Notes: generated by a model not told the origin, from the sequence alone. Shown: positions 1-7,000, counted from the stretch's first letter. The stretch is DNA of 25,736 nt from a virus (IMGVR_UViG_3300035676_000530:1-25736); one strand, 5' to 3'. Program-made: numbers and translations.

Positions 1-156
1 CAGGGGCGAGAGCCTCCGCCCACGATGAACGAGTTATCGTAACCGACACTTTCGCCCATTCTACGATGCGGCGCACGGGCGCTCTTCGTTTAAGTTACCA
101 TGCCTCCGGTAACCCCCTCTTTGGCCTCCTTTCTGGCTATCTGCCAGACGAGTACC
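1..156 (-). ncRNA. structured RNA directly downstream of tRNA-Thr, cut by the window edge; family unassigned
   Basis: Starts 2 nt after tRNA-Thr. Hairpins CTGGC-AGATA-GCCAG, GTTACC..GGTAAC, CGCCCGT..ATGGGCG and GGGCG..CGCCC. GC-rich, no credible ORF. Confidence 0.55.
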
Positions 157-158
157 AA

Positions 159-230
159 AGCCACCACTGAGATTTGAACTCAGGACCCCCATCTTACCAA
201 GATGGTGCACTACCACTGTGCTATGGCGGC
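159..230 (-). tRNA. tRNA-Thr(GGT)
   Basis: Cloverleaf GCCGCCA..TGGTGGC. Anticodon arm CCATC-TTGGTAA-GATGG. T-loop TTCAAAT. No encoded CCA. Confidence 0.96.
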
Positions 231-233
231 AAA

Positions 234-305
234 TCGGGATGGCAGGGATTGAACCTGCGACTTCTTGCTCCCAAAGCAAGCATTCTACCGCTGAACTACA
301 TCCCG
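234..305 (-). tRNA. tRNA-Pro(TGG)
   Basis: CGGGATG..CATCCCG acceptor. Anticodon arm CTTGC-TTTGGGA-GCAAG. T-arm GCAGG-TTCAATC-CCTGC. Confidence 0.96.
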
Positions 306-308
306 AGT

Positions 309-466
309 GACCCCCAGGTTTGAGCTTTCGTGAAGAGGCTTAGGGGGTGTGCAGAGGGCGATCAACTCCTCCGGCCCAGGAAGGGTAACCCTGACCAGTG
401 CAGGAACCCAGAACTGGGACTTAGGGGCGAGATAAATCTCGCGAATGCCGCTGCAATGCAGTGGCA
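309..466 (-). ncRNA. series of hairpin and multiloop RNA modules upstream of tRNA-Pro
   Basis: Stems ACCCCC..GGGGGT, CTGGTC..GGCCGG enclosing AGGG-TTA-CCCT, CCCAG..CTGGG and GCGAGA-TTTA-TCTCGC. Boundaries uncertain. Confidence 0.4.
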
Positions 467-469
467 ATA

Positions 470-558
470 GGGAGTAGGCGGAGTTGCACCGCCATTGCTG
501 AAGAACGGAATCGAACCGCCTCTGACGCCGTCGCGCCCACCATCCAAGGTGCACTCCC
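470..558 (-). ncRNA. tRNA-like RNA with two T-arms and no anticodon loop
   Basis: 7-bp acceptor-like stem GGGAGTG/TACTCCC. Arms CACC-TTGGAT-GGTG, GGCGC-GACG-GCGTC, GGCGG-TTCGATT-CCGTT and GGCGG-TGCAACT-CCGCC. Confidence 0.65.
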
Positions 559-653
559 AGAAGGCCCCATTTAACACGTGAGACGCCTCAAGGACGAAAC
601 AGAGGTGGGGGCTCGTTTGCCGGTTTTCAACCGACCCCTGGAATGAAATCCAG

Positions 654-808
654 GATGCATCGTTCTCCCTCGGGCGATCCGAAGAACGCGGGACGGTGAT
701 TGCAGACCGCATTTGGAACGATGGCAACTGCCCGCCATCGCGACCCGGCAGTGGGTCAGCCCGATGCCGAAGCAGAGCGGGAACGCGAACCAGCAAGCTG
801 GCCGCACC
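654..808 (-). ncRNA. probable manA-motif RNA (multi-hairpin with kissing loops)
   Basis: Closing helix GGTGC/GCATC. Adjacent hairpins GACCC-ACTGCC-GGGTC and CGATGGC-GGGCAGTT-GCCATCG have complementary loops (ACTGCC/GGCAGT). Also a cUUCGg hairpin and a CGTTCTTC/GGAGAACG stem. The structure is seen directly; the manA name is from recollection of cyanophage tRNA-associated manA RNAs. Confidence 0.6.
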
Positions 809-897
809 ACACCGACAGAGCAGTGTGGGTGGTTGTTGGGCGAAGGAATAAACCCCCCTTTCGTTTAACGCTCGCTGACGGTGAAGCGAGAGCCCAG

Positions 898-980
898 TGA
901 GGCAGGTGCGGTATCTCCAGAAACAACCGACTTACATCGTTGATTCCGGTTCCCATGCTCCTTTTGCTTTCCTTACCTCA
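898..980 (-). ncRNA. small structured RNA directly downstream of tRNA-Asn
   Basis: Terminal stem TGAGGTA/TGCCTCA. Inner hairpin CCGGAA-CAAC-GAT-GTAA-GTC-GTTG-TTCTGG with a GNRA loop. Purine-rich internal loop. Confidence 0.55.
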
Positions 981-982
981 AA

Positions 983-1054
983 CTGGCGTAGTAGGATTCG
1001 AACCTACGACCGGACGGTTAACAGCCGTCAGCTCTACCGCTGAGCTATACGCCA
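983..1054 (-). tRNA. tRNA-Asn(GTT)
   Basis: TGGCGTA/TACGCCA acceptor. Anticodon arm GACGG-CTGTTAA-CCGTC. T-arm GTAGG-TTCGAAT-CCTAC. Confidence 0.97.
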
Positions 1055-1060
1055 TTGATA

Positions 1061-1146
1061 GCAGGAGGGATTTCTATGTGCGGACAGAATCACCTTTCAC
1101 ATTTCCAAGCTGGGTATCAACCTGGCAGCGGTGTTGCACTTCCTGC
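1061..1146 (-). ncRNA. tRNA-sized small RNA between tRNA-Leu and tRNA-Asn
   Basis: 86 nt closed by GCAGGA/TCCTGC. Begins 2 nt after tRNA-Leu and ends 6 nt before tRNA-Asn. No cloverleaf. Confidence 0.55.
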
Positions 1147-1148
1147 AA

Positions 1149-1229
1149 TGCCCAAGAGAGGACTTGAACCTCCATGCACAAGGCACATGATCCTAAGTCA
1201 TGCGTGTATACCAATTTCACCACTTGGGC
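1149..1229 (-). tRNA. tRNA-Leu(TAG)
   Basis: GCCCAAG/CTTGGGC acceptor. Anticodon arm CATGA-CTTAGGA-TCATG. Long variable arm. T-arm GGAGG-TTCAAGT-CCTCT. Confidence 0.96.
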
Positions 1230-1253
1230 AGTAGTTTCAATTTTCAAGGTTCA

Positions 1254-1333
1254 GGTTGAGGGCTTGGATCCACACGAGAGAATCTCCAAGCTAGAGACCC
1301 GGAGGTGCGAAACCAACCGGACCTCTCTCAACC
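1254..1333 (-). ncRNA. three-way-junction RNA at the 5' end of the tRNA operon
   Basis: Closing stem GGTTGAG/CTCAACC. Arms AGAGGTCCGG/CCGGGTCTCT and GCTTGGA/TCCAAGC. Begins about 8 nt below the -10 box. Confidence 0.6.
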
Positions 1334-1341
1334 ACCTTTAC

Positions 1342-1404
1342 AGTATAGCCTTTTTAGGCGTCCCGGTAAAGGGCGGGAAACCGGCTATTCGGGTCGGTAT
1401 ACCG
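1342..1404 (-). promoter_or_regulatory. tRNA operon promoter with two CGG-N4-CCG boxes
   Basis: TTTACC-17 bp-TATACT (1342-1370). Boxes at 1374-1383 and 1395-1404. Confidence 0.7.
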
Positions 1405-1546
1405 TCGGGTGAGTTTTACACCACTCACGAAATTGTTGTTTCATTTCTTCCCAAGATTTCTCGCAACTACTCATTTTTAAAGAGTCACAAGCTTGAGGAA
1501 TGTTCCATTTTGCTCGAAAGAGCATATCAAACGGATCTGGTTTCAC
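1385..1546 (-). CDS. small hypothetical protein, 53 aa (not in ORF track)
   Basis: Hand-translated MKPDPFDMLFRAKWNIPQAC...REWCKTHPTVYRPE. GTG start overlaps the upstream TGA (GTGA). Resembles a common cyanophage small protein. Confidence 0.7.
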   Translation of the reverse strand: MKPDPFDMLFRAKWNIPQACDSLKMSSCEKSWEEMKQQFREWCKTHPTVYRPE

Positions 1547-1800
1547 CAATTATTCTCAAAATATTCAAATCGGGGCCAAGTATCTTCGGTCCAAATAATT
1601 GCCTTAACCATATCTGCTCGAGCTTTCATTTTGGAAGGAGCACTTCCGGAGTGCATATGTGTGCCCCAACTCGTACCATCTTCCCAAACAAGCATCCAGT
1701 GCCATTCTTGTTTTCTCTCGCACCACCAAACCTGGCCACTTGAATTCCGTTCATCAATACGAACGGTTGTCATGTATCTGCTTCCAGAACCTTGAATCAT
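1543..1800 (-). CDS. Trp-rich hypothetical protein
   Basis: ORF in the operon chain. ATG at 1800 overlaps the upstream stop (ATGA). Confidence 0.65.
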   Translation of the reverse strand: MIQGSGSRYMTTVRIDERNSSGQVWWCERKQEWHWMLVWEDGTSWGTHMHSGSAPSKMKARADMVKAIIWTEDTWPRFEYFENNW

Positions 1801-2333
1801 TGCAACAATTGTTGAGCTTGGCAATAATATGCTTGATAAGAAGGCATGCGTTCAACATAAACTTTGTTGTCCGCAATAATCTGACCACTTACTTTCCAAA
1901 TCCAGGCACGAACATCATCCAGTAAGATTCGCGCTGGAGGTTCTTTATGGTCAACAGGAGACGAAGGAGAAGGAATCAGTTTAACTCCGTTACCGAGATA
2001 CACAGTTTTTGCGATTGTCATCGCTCTTTCCATGTGATATCCATCGGTTACTACATAAAGCTCTTTGGCACCCATACCAAGAATGCGGTCATAAGTGCAT
2101 GTAAAATTAGTAACCGTATCCCATGCAAGATAATCAAGATAAAATCTGTCTTGACTAATTCCCGCTTCTTTGCAAGAGTCAATGCAAAGACTGGGATTTT
2201 CTACTGTGGAAAACAACAAAAATGCATCAGGCATTTGTGTTGCTAGTTCAATAGCTTTTGGAGTCCTGCCAGAGGGATTACCTCCAAGTTCGAGAATAAC
2301 TTTATCAAACGTCATATTCTTTATTTTGCTCAA
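1797..2333 (-). CDS. YdcF/DUF218 (SanA/ElyC-like) family protein
   Basis: Motifs ILELGG, R..KAIEL, AWDTVTNF and VVTDGYHMERA. Confidence 0.85.
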   Translation of the reverse strand: MSKIKNMTFDKVILELGGNPSGRTPKAIELATQMPDAFLLFSTVENPSLCIDSCKEAGISQDRFYLDYLAWDTVTNFTCTYDRILGMGAKELYVVTDGYHMERAMTIAKTVYLGNGVKLIPSPSSPVDHKEPPARILLDDVRAWIWKVSGQIIADNKVYVERMPSYQAYYCQAQQLLQ

Positions 2334-2578
2334 GATGCAACAGTCTGAGTTCTTCTTTTAGACGTCGATTTTCTTCTGCTAGGAGTGCTAATTTCTTCAG
2401 AAGTGTCTTTTCCGACTTCTCGCAAAATGAGGGTGTTGGGTAGTGCATCGAATTCAAGTTCTGTTCCTTCTTGCCACCCCATGGCGTCCAAAAGTTCATC
2501 AGGGAATTCCAAAACGAGATTACCTTCTTCATCGGTACCACACGTGGTAGTATATACAATTTTATCAGGGCCAGGCAT
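2330..2578 (-). CDS. AbrB/MazE/SpoVT-like DNA-binding protein
   Basis: DEEGNLVLEFPDELLDAMGWQEGTELEF swapped-hairpin pattern. Confidence 0.7.
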   Translation of the reverse strand: MPGPDKIVYTTTCGTDEEGNLVLEFPDELLDAMGWQEGTELEFDALPNTLILREVGKDTSEEISTPSRRKSTSKRRTQTVAS

Positions 2579-2756
2579 TGTTTTCGGTTAAAATAAGTTT
2601 TCTAGTGGGGTGAATCATGAGGAGGTGATTTCGAAGTTCATTTAACTTGCTTCTATTTTTAGAAGAAGTAGGTAATTCTTCAACTAAAATTTTTTCCTCA
2701 TTTACAATTTCGTAAAGTTGTATAACTCCCGGAGGAATTTTTCTAGGAGGGATCAC
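2565..2756 (-). CDS. hypothetical protein
   Basis: ORF coupled by GTGA overlap within the operon. Confidence 0.6.
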   Translation of the reverse strand: MIPPRKIPPGVIQLYEIVNEEKILVEELPTSSKNRSKLNELRNHLLMIHPTRKLILTENNAWP

Positions 2757-2914
2757 TGTACTTGTTCTTTAGCTAGGATTAAAACCTCATCTAATTCCTC
2801 TCCTTCTTCGTGCAAAGAACGAGTGGCCGCAGCAACGGAGAAGAACAACCGTCCCTGTTCGCTCCAACCGAAGCCGTTCCAATATTGACCATGAGCATTG
2901 ACAACCAGGAACAT
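2753..2914 (-). CDS. small hypothetical protein, 53 aa (not in ORF track)
   Basis: Hand-translated MFLVVNAHGQYWNGFGWSEQGRLFFSVAAATRSLHEEGEELDEVLILAKEQVQ. Its stop overlaps the next start. Confidence 0.65.
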   Translation of the reverse strand: MFLVVNAHGQYWNGFGWSEQGRLFFSVAAATRSLHEEGEELDEVLILAKEQVQ

Positions 2915-2936
2915 TCTAGCAGGAGGCGCTGCATCT

Positions 2937-2963
2937 AATTTAGTTCATAGCCCCGTGGGTAAA
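2937..2963 (-). promoter_or_regulatory. putative promoter, 15-bp spacer class
   Basis: TTTACC-15-TAAATT immediately after the upstream stop codon. Confidence 0.4.
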
Positions 2964-3398
2964 CTATGCTAAATATGACTGAAGCAGATACATATCAGTT
3001 AGAACTACACTCGACATTGATTGCATTTGATTGCCAATTGCAACGAGGCGAGGATCTTGCTTATTTTTCTCGCAGAAAGCGTAATATAAAGAAATGGTCC
3101 CTTCCAAAGCCATTAAGTAGTCGAGTGCTAAAGCAGCCAACGTATGACAATCATATTCATCCATACTGATGCCTGGACCTGAAAAAAGTTTAAAGTCAGG
3201 ATTCATTCCACAGGCTCGAAGTTGTTCGACGAGAGAATCCATAAGTTCTCCAAGGTCATTGTAAACTCTTTCGAAGAGCAGATGCGCTTCATAAAAATTG
3301 CTTCCTCTTACGTTCCAATGACAGAGGCGGGATACAATAGTCGCGTCGTTTAAATACTTGACGACTTTATTCGATAAAATTGAAAACTCTTCGTTCAT
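2964..3398 (-). CDS. dps: Dps/ferritin-like protein
   Basis: HWNVRGSNFYEAHLLFERVY..DSLVEQLRA matches the Dps ferroxidase signature. Confidence 0.85.
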   Translation of the reverse strand: MNEEFSILSNKVVKYLNDATIVSRLCHWNVRGSNFYEAHLLFERVYNDLGELMDSLVEQLRACGMNPDFKLFSGPGISMDEYDCHTLAALALDYLMALEGTISLYYAFCEKNKQDPRLVAIGNQMQSMSSVVLTDMYLLQSYLA

Positions 3399-3730
3399 AA
3401 TTTTCCCCGCTGATCACGGCGCATTCTTCGTTGCAATTTTTTAGCGACTGCTTCTTGAACTTTACGTTGTTTGTCCGCTATTTGATTCGCTTTTTGCTGA
3501 GCTTTGGAGATGCGTTGTTGAAATAACTTTTCTCTCTTCTCTGCTGGAGTTGATACAGGTAGACCCGTATCACACTCGACATCCATCGATAATCCGGCTC
3601 CGAGCGAAGTGACAGCGAAATCGTATACTTTACTCTGTTCAACGAAATCAGAAAACTCAATATTAGAGTTTTCGGCTGCCATTTGATAAGCGGTTAAAAT
3701 AGCATCTTTTGAGAAACTATCAGTTCTCAT
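3395..3730 (-). CDS. hypothetical protein with acidic leader and basic coiled-coil tail
   Basis: Clean ORF. GGGTAAAA lies 23 nt upstream. Shares VYDFA with 10913-11305. Confidence 0.75.
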   Translation of the reverse strand: MRTDSFSKDAILTAYQMAAENSNIEFSDFVEQSKVYDFAVTSLGAGLSMDVECDTGLPVSTPAEKREKLFQQRISKAQQKANQIADKQRKVQEAVAKKLQRRMRRDQRGKL

Positions 3731-3902
3731 CTTCTTTTTGCAGTCTTTTCGGTTTTACCCCTGAGTTCCTACATTGATGAACATGACTCCGAAGAAGTTC
3801 TACGCTAAACATTTCGACTGTGCCTTCGTCTGTCCAGCCTACCAGTCCCCCGCAAACAGGGCATCTAAATTTGGATTTTATATACTCTAGGTTATGATCC
3901 AT
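3720..3902 (-). CDS. small zinc-finger-like protein
   Basis: CPVC...HVHQC. Confidence 0.6.
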   Translation of the reverse strand: MDHNLEYIKSKFRCPVCGGLVGWTDEGTVEMFSVELLRSHVHQCRNSGVKPKRLQKEDEN

Positions 3903-3916
3903 GGAGCTACCACATA

Positions 3917-4234
3917 TCAGTCTAATGTGGTTTTAGAATACAATTCAACTGAAATAGAATCCCCATTTTGTTGAACTGCAAGGAATTCGGTATCGGGGTT
4001 GTAATTGGCGAGAGACTCAATCAGTTTTTCACTGAAACATTCTTTTTGAACTGCCGGAGGTAAAGAGTCTATAAACTGAAATACTTCTTTCCAAGATAAA
4101 AATTGACAAGACTTTGAGTCATAAAAATGACACCCGCGCTCTCCGACATGTTCTTCAAAGCTTTTTACCAAGTGCCCCATTGATATCTCCGCAAGGTACA
4201 AGTGCTCCGCGAATACGCATTTTTCGAACAACAC
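3917..4234 (-). CDS. hypothetical protein (start uncertain)
   Basis: ORF in the operon. C-terminal YNPDTEFLAV motif. Confidence 0.65.
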   Translation of the reverse strand: MLFEKCVFAEHLYLAEISMGHLVKSFEEHVGERGCHFYDSKSCQFLSWKEVFQFIDSLPPAVQKECFSEKLIESLANYNPDTEFLAVQQNGDSISVELYSKTTLD

Positions 4235-4340
4235 GAGGAGCTGAAATCATCGGAGCGTTGCGAGTACTGGCATCTTCAGGATTTAATTCTTCAGATCCTT
4301 CGCATGAAGTGCTTATGTCAAAATTAGATTCGGAATCCAT
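4155..4340 (-). CDS. hypothetical protein
   Basis: ATG overlaps the upstream TAA (TAATG). Confidence 0.45.
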   Translation of the reverse strand: MDSESNFDISTSCEGSEELNPEDASTRNAPMISAPRVVRKMRIRGALVPCGDINGALGKKL

Positions 4341-5038
4341 TAGTACTGTATTTGCCAGGTTCCATCGGATTTCTCCGAGATTACGAACGGAAATTGTTTC
4401 GCTTGTTCGTTAGGTGGAGTGTCGTAAAAAATCCCTTTAAACTGTTTACCATCTTCGGAAAGCAGATAGTTATTACTGGAATTCGGTGGGTTACCCTCCG
4501 TATCAGTTACTTCAGTAACTCCATCGAGATAAACAGAAGCAATTACTTTCTTTAGGAAAGTTTCCATCTTTTCGCTTAAAGCGTCAGTATTCTCTCGGTT
4601 TGGAGTTACGGATGCTGTGGCAGATTCTTCGAGTGACCCCTCGGGAGTTTCTACAATTTCTTCTTCGGAAATTACTTCATCAGCAAAATCAAATTCGCTG
4701 AAATCTATATCTGGTTCAATTTCATACTGAAGATGTCCAACCGGAACTTCGAGAACAGATTCCGGTTCTGGCCATTGAGATGGATTAACACTCAATAAAG
4801 CGTCTACAACTTCGCAATACTCTTCATAGGTCGCCTCAGGTCCCAAATCAACCCTGTCGATAACTTCCAACATGGAAATTTTGCCGTCCGAGAAGTCGTG
4901 ACGTAAAGCTTCCAAATAAGATTTGGGTATGCTGGAAAGATCTCCTCGAGAGGTTTCCCACAGAAGATCTGCAACTCGGCGAGCACTCTCGCAAAAAGCC
5001 GCATCTTTTCCAAATTTCGGATTGCGATCGTAAGACAT
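4340..5038 (-). CDS. acidic hypothetical protein
   Basis: 232-aa ORF with an upstream promoter motif. Internal DFSEFDFADE. Confidence 0.8.
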   Translation of the reverse strand: MSYDRNPKFGKDAAFCESARRVADLLWETSRGDLSSIPKSYLEALRHDFSDGKISMLEVIDRVDLGPEATYEEYCEVVDALLSVNPSQWPEPESVLEVPVGHLQYEIEPDIDFSEFDFADEVISEEEIVETPEGSLEESATASVTPNRENTDALSEKMETFLKKVIASVYLDGVTEVTDTEGNPPNSSNNYLLSEDGKQFKGIFYDTPPNEQAKQFPFVISEKSDGTWQIQY

Positions 5039-5061
5039 TGCGAATAGCAGCTCTAGACGCT

Positions 5062-5088
5062 ATTATACCCGTCTAAAAGTTTCGTAAA
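5062..5088 (-). promoter_or_regulatory. putative promoter, 15-bp spacer class
   Basis: TTTACG-12-GGGTATAAT. Confidence 0.6.
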
Positions 5089-6570
5089 TTAACGGCTAAT
5101 CTCTTGCCAATCTAGAGAACCGTAAGCTATTTGGTTATCATTCGCACCCGCTACAGCTAAAACATAGGGTGAAGCTGTTCCCGTCAAACCGTTTCTTTCA
5201 TATTGAAAAGAAAATAACTCAGTGCTTGATATATCTATAGATGACGTGCTTTGATTAGATGCAGTAAAAAATCCAGAATAAACTACTTCGCCGCCAGTGA
5301 AAGAAGTAATATCGAGAGAATACTCTACTGCAGCGGAAGCGTTAACTGTTGACCAGGTGCCTCCGGTAAGTGTGGGATTTTTAACAAGTACCCATCTGTA
5401 GGTTTCGTTATTGCCACCACCTATAACAGAAGCTCCTGATAAGATAGCAACTGCATTTAGTTGCGTAGAACGTAATCGAGAGGCAACCAAGGGATAATAA
5501 GTGCCTTTATTGGCCAATGTCTTTGGTGTTGTAATTGGCGTTGCAACACTATATTGTTGCCCGAGAATTTGATAACCGCCTTCAGATATAACAGTTGAAC
5601 AAATTTGTTTCAAAGTACTTGCTGACCCAACATTCCCTGTATTTTCAATCTCATACATTAGAGGCAACGACGCAGTTGTAATGTATGTTGAGGTAATTAA
5701 ATTAGCATGATTAAATTTGTGGCATATAATAAATTGACCATCGATAACAAAACCCATACGAACGGTTCCAACTCCGAGCCATTCCATATCTATAAACAGA
5801 ATTTGAGCCTTCGTAGGATCTAACGTTATCCCTGAGGGTCCAGTACCATTCAAAGGATCAACATTCCAATTGGCTTGAAGAACAGGAATATTTACAATCG
5901 AACCGCTTACAGCCGATCTCTCAACAAAGGAAAGTGTATTATTATCCAACGATAAATAATATCCATTACTTGCGTCGTAATAACCTACACGCTGTCTTAA
6001 TCCTGTTTGCTGCGGGGCCAACACGAAAGTTGACATTACAAGTAAAGATTTCCCTGGTTGATAGGAAAAAATTTTGTTTGTTTGTCTTGCAACAGAGGAT
6101 CCTAGGGCACCAGTAACGTTAAGGTCCATTAAACCCTGTGCGGCGTTAAATGTCGCTGTGCCACCTGTAGCTGTCGCAGTTGACCATTTACCGTTATCTG
6201 TATAACGATAACTAGAGTCAAACATTGTATAAGGATTTGATGTTCGAAGACGTCCGAAAGCATCTCCTGTGGATCCTCCAAACCCTTCAATAACTACGGG
6301 AGTTTGAGAAGAATCCTCATATAGTAATATTTGCAGATCGTCTGTAGATTCACAAAAATCAGCGGTGTTTTGCTCTAATGTTAAAACTGTATTTCCATTC
6401 ACGATTTGGTAAGTTACGCCTACTTCGTGATTGTCTGGTAAATATAAAGGGATATTACGTGTTACGTTGTATATAGGGCCAATAATGTCAAAATCAATGA
6501 CGCCAGTTAGCGTGATAGTGCCCTCATATGCAGCACCTGGGGTGAACACGTAATCTGTAAATACGTACAT
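5089..6570 (-). CDS. probable virion structural protein (beta-rich, tail-associated or lectin-like)
   Basis: 493 aa rich in T/S/G/N. DAFGRLRTSNPYTMFDS and QILFIDMEWLGVGTVRMGF blocks typical of a widespread aquatic-phage protein. GGGTAAAA 20 nt upstream. Confidence 0.65.
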   Translation of the reverse strand: MYVFTDYVFTPGAAYEGTITLTGVIDFDIIGPIYNVTRNIPLYLPDNHEVGVTYQIVNGNTVLTLEQNTADFCESTDDLQILLYEDSSQTPVVIEGFGGSTGDAFGRLRTSNPYTMFDSSYRYTDNGKWSTATATGGTATFNAAQGLMDLNVTGALGSSVARQTNKIFSYQPGKSLLVMSTFVLAPQQTGLRQRVGYYDASNGYYLSLDNNTLSFVERSAVSGSIVNIPVLQANWNVDPLNGTGPSGITLDPTKAQILFIDMEWLGVGTVRMGFVIDGQFIICHKFNHANLITSTYITTASLPLMYEIENTGNVGSASTLKQICSTVISEGGYQILGQQYSVATPITTPKTLANKGTYYPLVASRLRSTQLNAVAILSGASVIGGGNNETYRWVLVKNPTLTGGTWSTVNASAAVEYSLDITSFTGGEVVYSGFFTASNQSTSSIDISSTELFSFQYERNGLTGTASPYVLAVAGANDNQIAYGSLDWQEISR

Positions 6571-6599
6571 GATTCGACTTAAAAATAAGTTTTACCCAG

Positions 6600-6821
6600 T
6601 TAGAGCTCAGGTTTTTCAAATTTAGGGTTCCTGGTCCCACCTGTTAACCAAATTTTTTCAATCTTAATTCCCCTGTCCCAATAATAATCAAATATGCGAA
6701 CCGAACTGTATTCTTTCACTATGTCAACAGTTCCGTTAGCTCTACGTACAAATTTGCAGTCACATGTTAATTTTTTAGGATTGATCTCATCGAGATCTAC
6801 ATTTTCACATAGAATCTGCAT
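6600..6821 (-). CDS. hypothetical protein, cyanophage-conserved type
   Basis: IFDYYWD..GTRNPK motif. AGGTAAAA 24 nt upstream. Confidence 0.7.
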   Translation of the reverse strand: MQILCENVDLDEINPKKLTCDCKFVRRANGTVDIVKEYSSVRIFDYYWDRGIKIEKIWLTGGTRNPKFEKPEL

Positions 6822-6875
6822 TTATATGCTTACGAAGTAAAAGATTTTACCTTTTAAAGGTTCTCTAAATACTTG

Positions 6876-6896
6876 AAAAGGGAGGTATCCCTCCCT
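6876..6896 (-). terminator. intrinsic terminator
   Basis: AGGGAGG-GATA-CCTCCCT followed by TTT. Confidence 0.7.
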
Positions 6897-6901
6897 CGTT
6901 T

Positions 6902-7000
6902 TCACACAATACCTTGGGGCAAATTTGTGATAAACTGATTTTTAATTCGTTTGCTGCGTTTACGGACTGCAGCTAACCATACAAGAAAAGGATGTTTCAC
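6902..7000 (-). CDS. 32-aa basic microprotein (not in ORF track)
   Basis: MKHPFLVWLAAVRKRSKRIKNQFITNLPQGIV. GTGA overlap with the DUF4278-type gene. Ends just before the terminator. Confidence 0.5.
   Translation of the reverse strand: MKHPFLVWLAAVRKRSKRIKNQFITNLPQGIV

Noticed and set aside
306-980. Single giant RNA (GOLLD/ROOL), group I intron, RNase P RNA or tmRNA
   Set aside because: No intron core, RNase P P4 signature or tag ORF recognised. Pairings look local and modular. Not excluded without a covariance search.
61-1167. ORF-track ORFs across the tRNA and ncRNA region
   Set aside because: They overlap clear tRNAs and stem-rich RNA, have no protein motifs, and arise from high GC.
1174-1743. 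189-aa plus-strand ORF
   Set aside because: Antisense to tRNA-Leu, its promoter and two coupled minus-strand genes.
2330-2756. MazE/F-type toxin-antitoxin pair
   Set aside because: The AbrB-like gene has no neighbour with a recognisable toxin motif.
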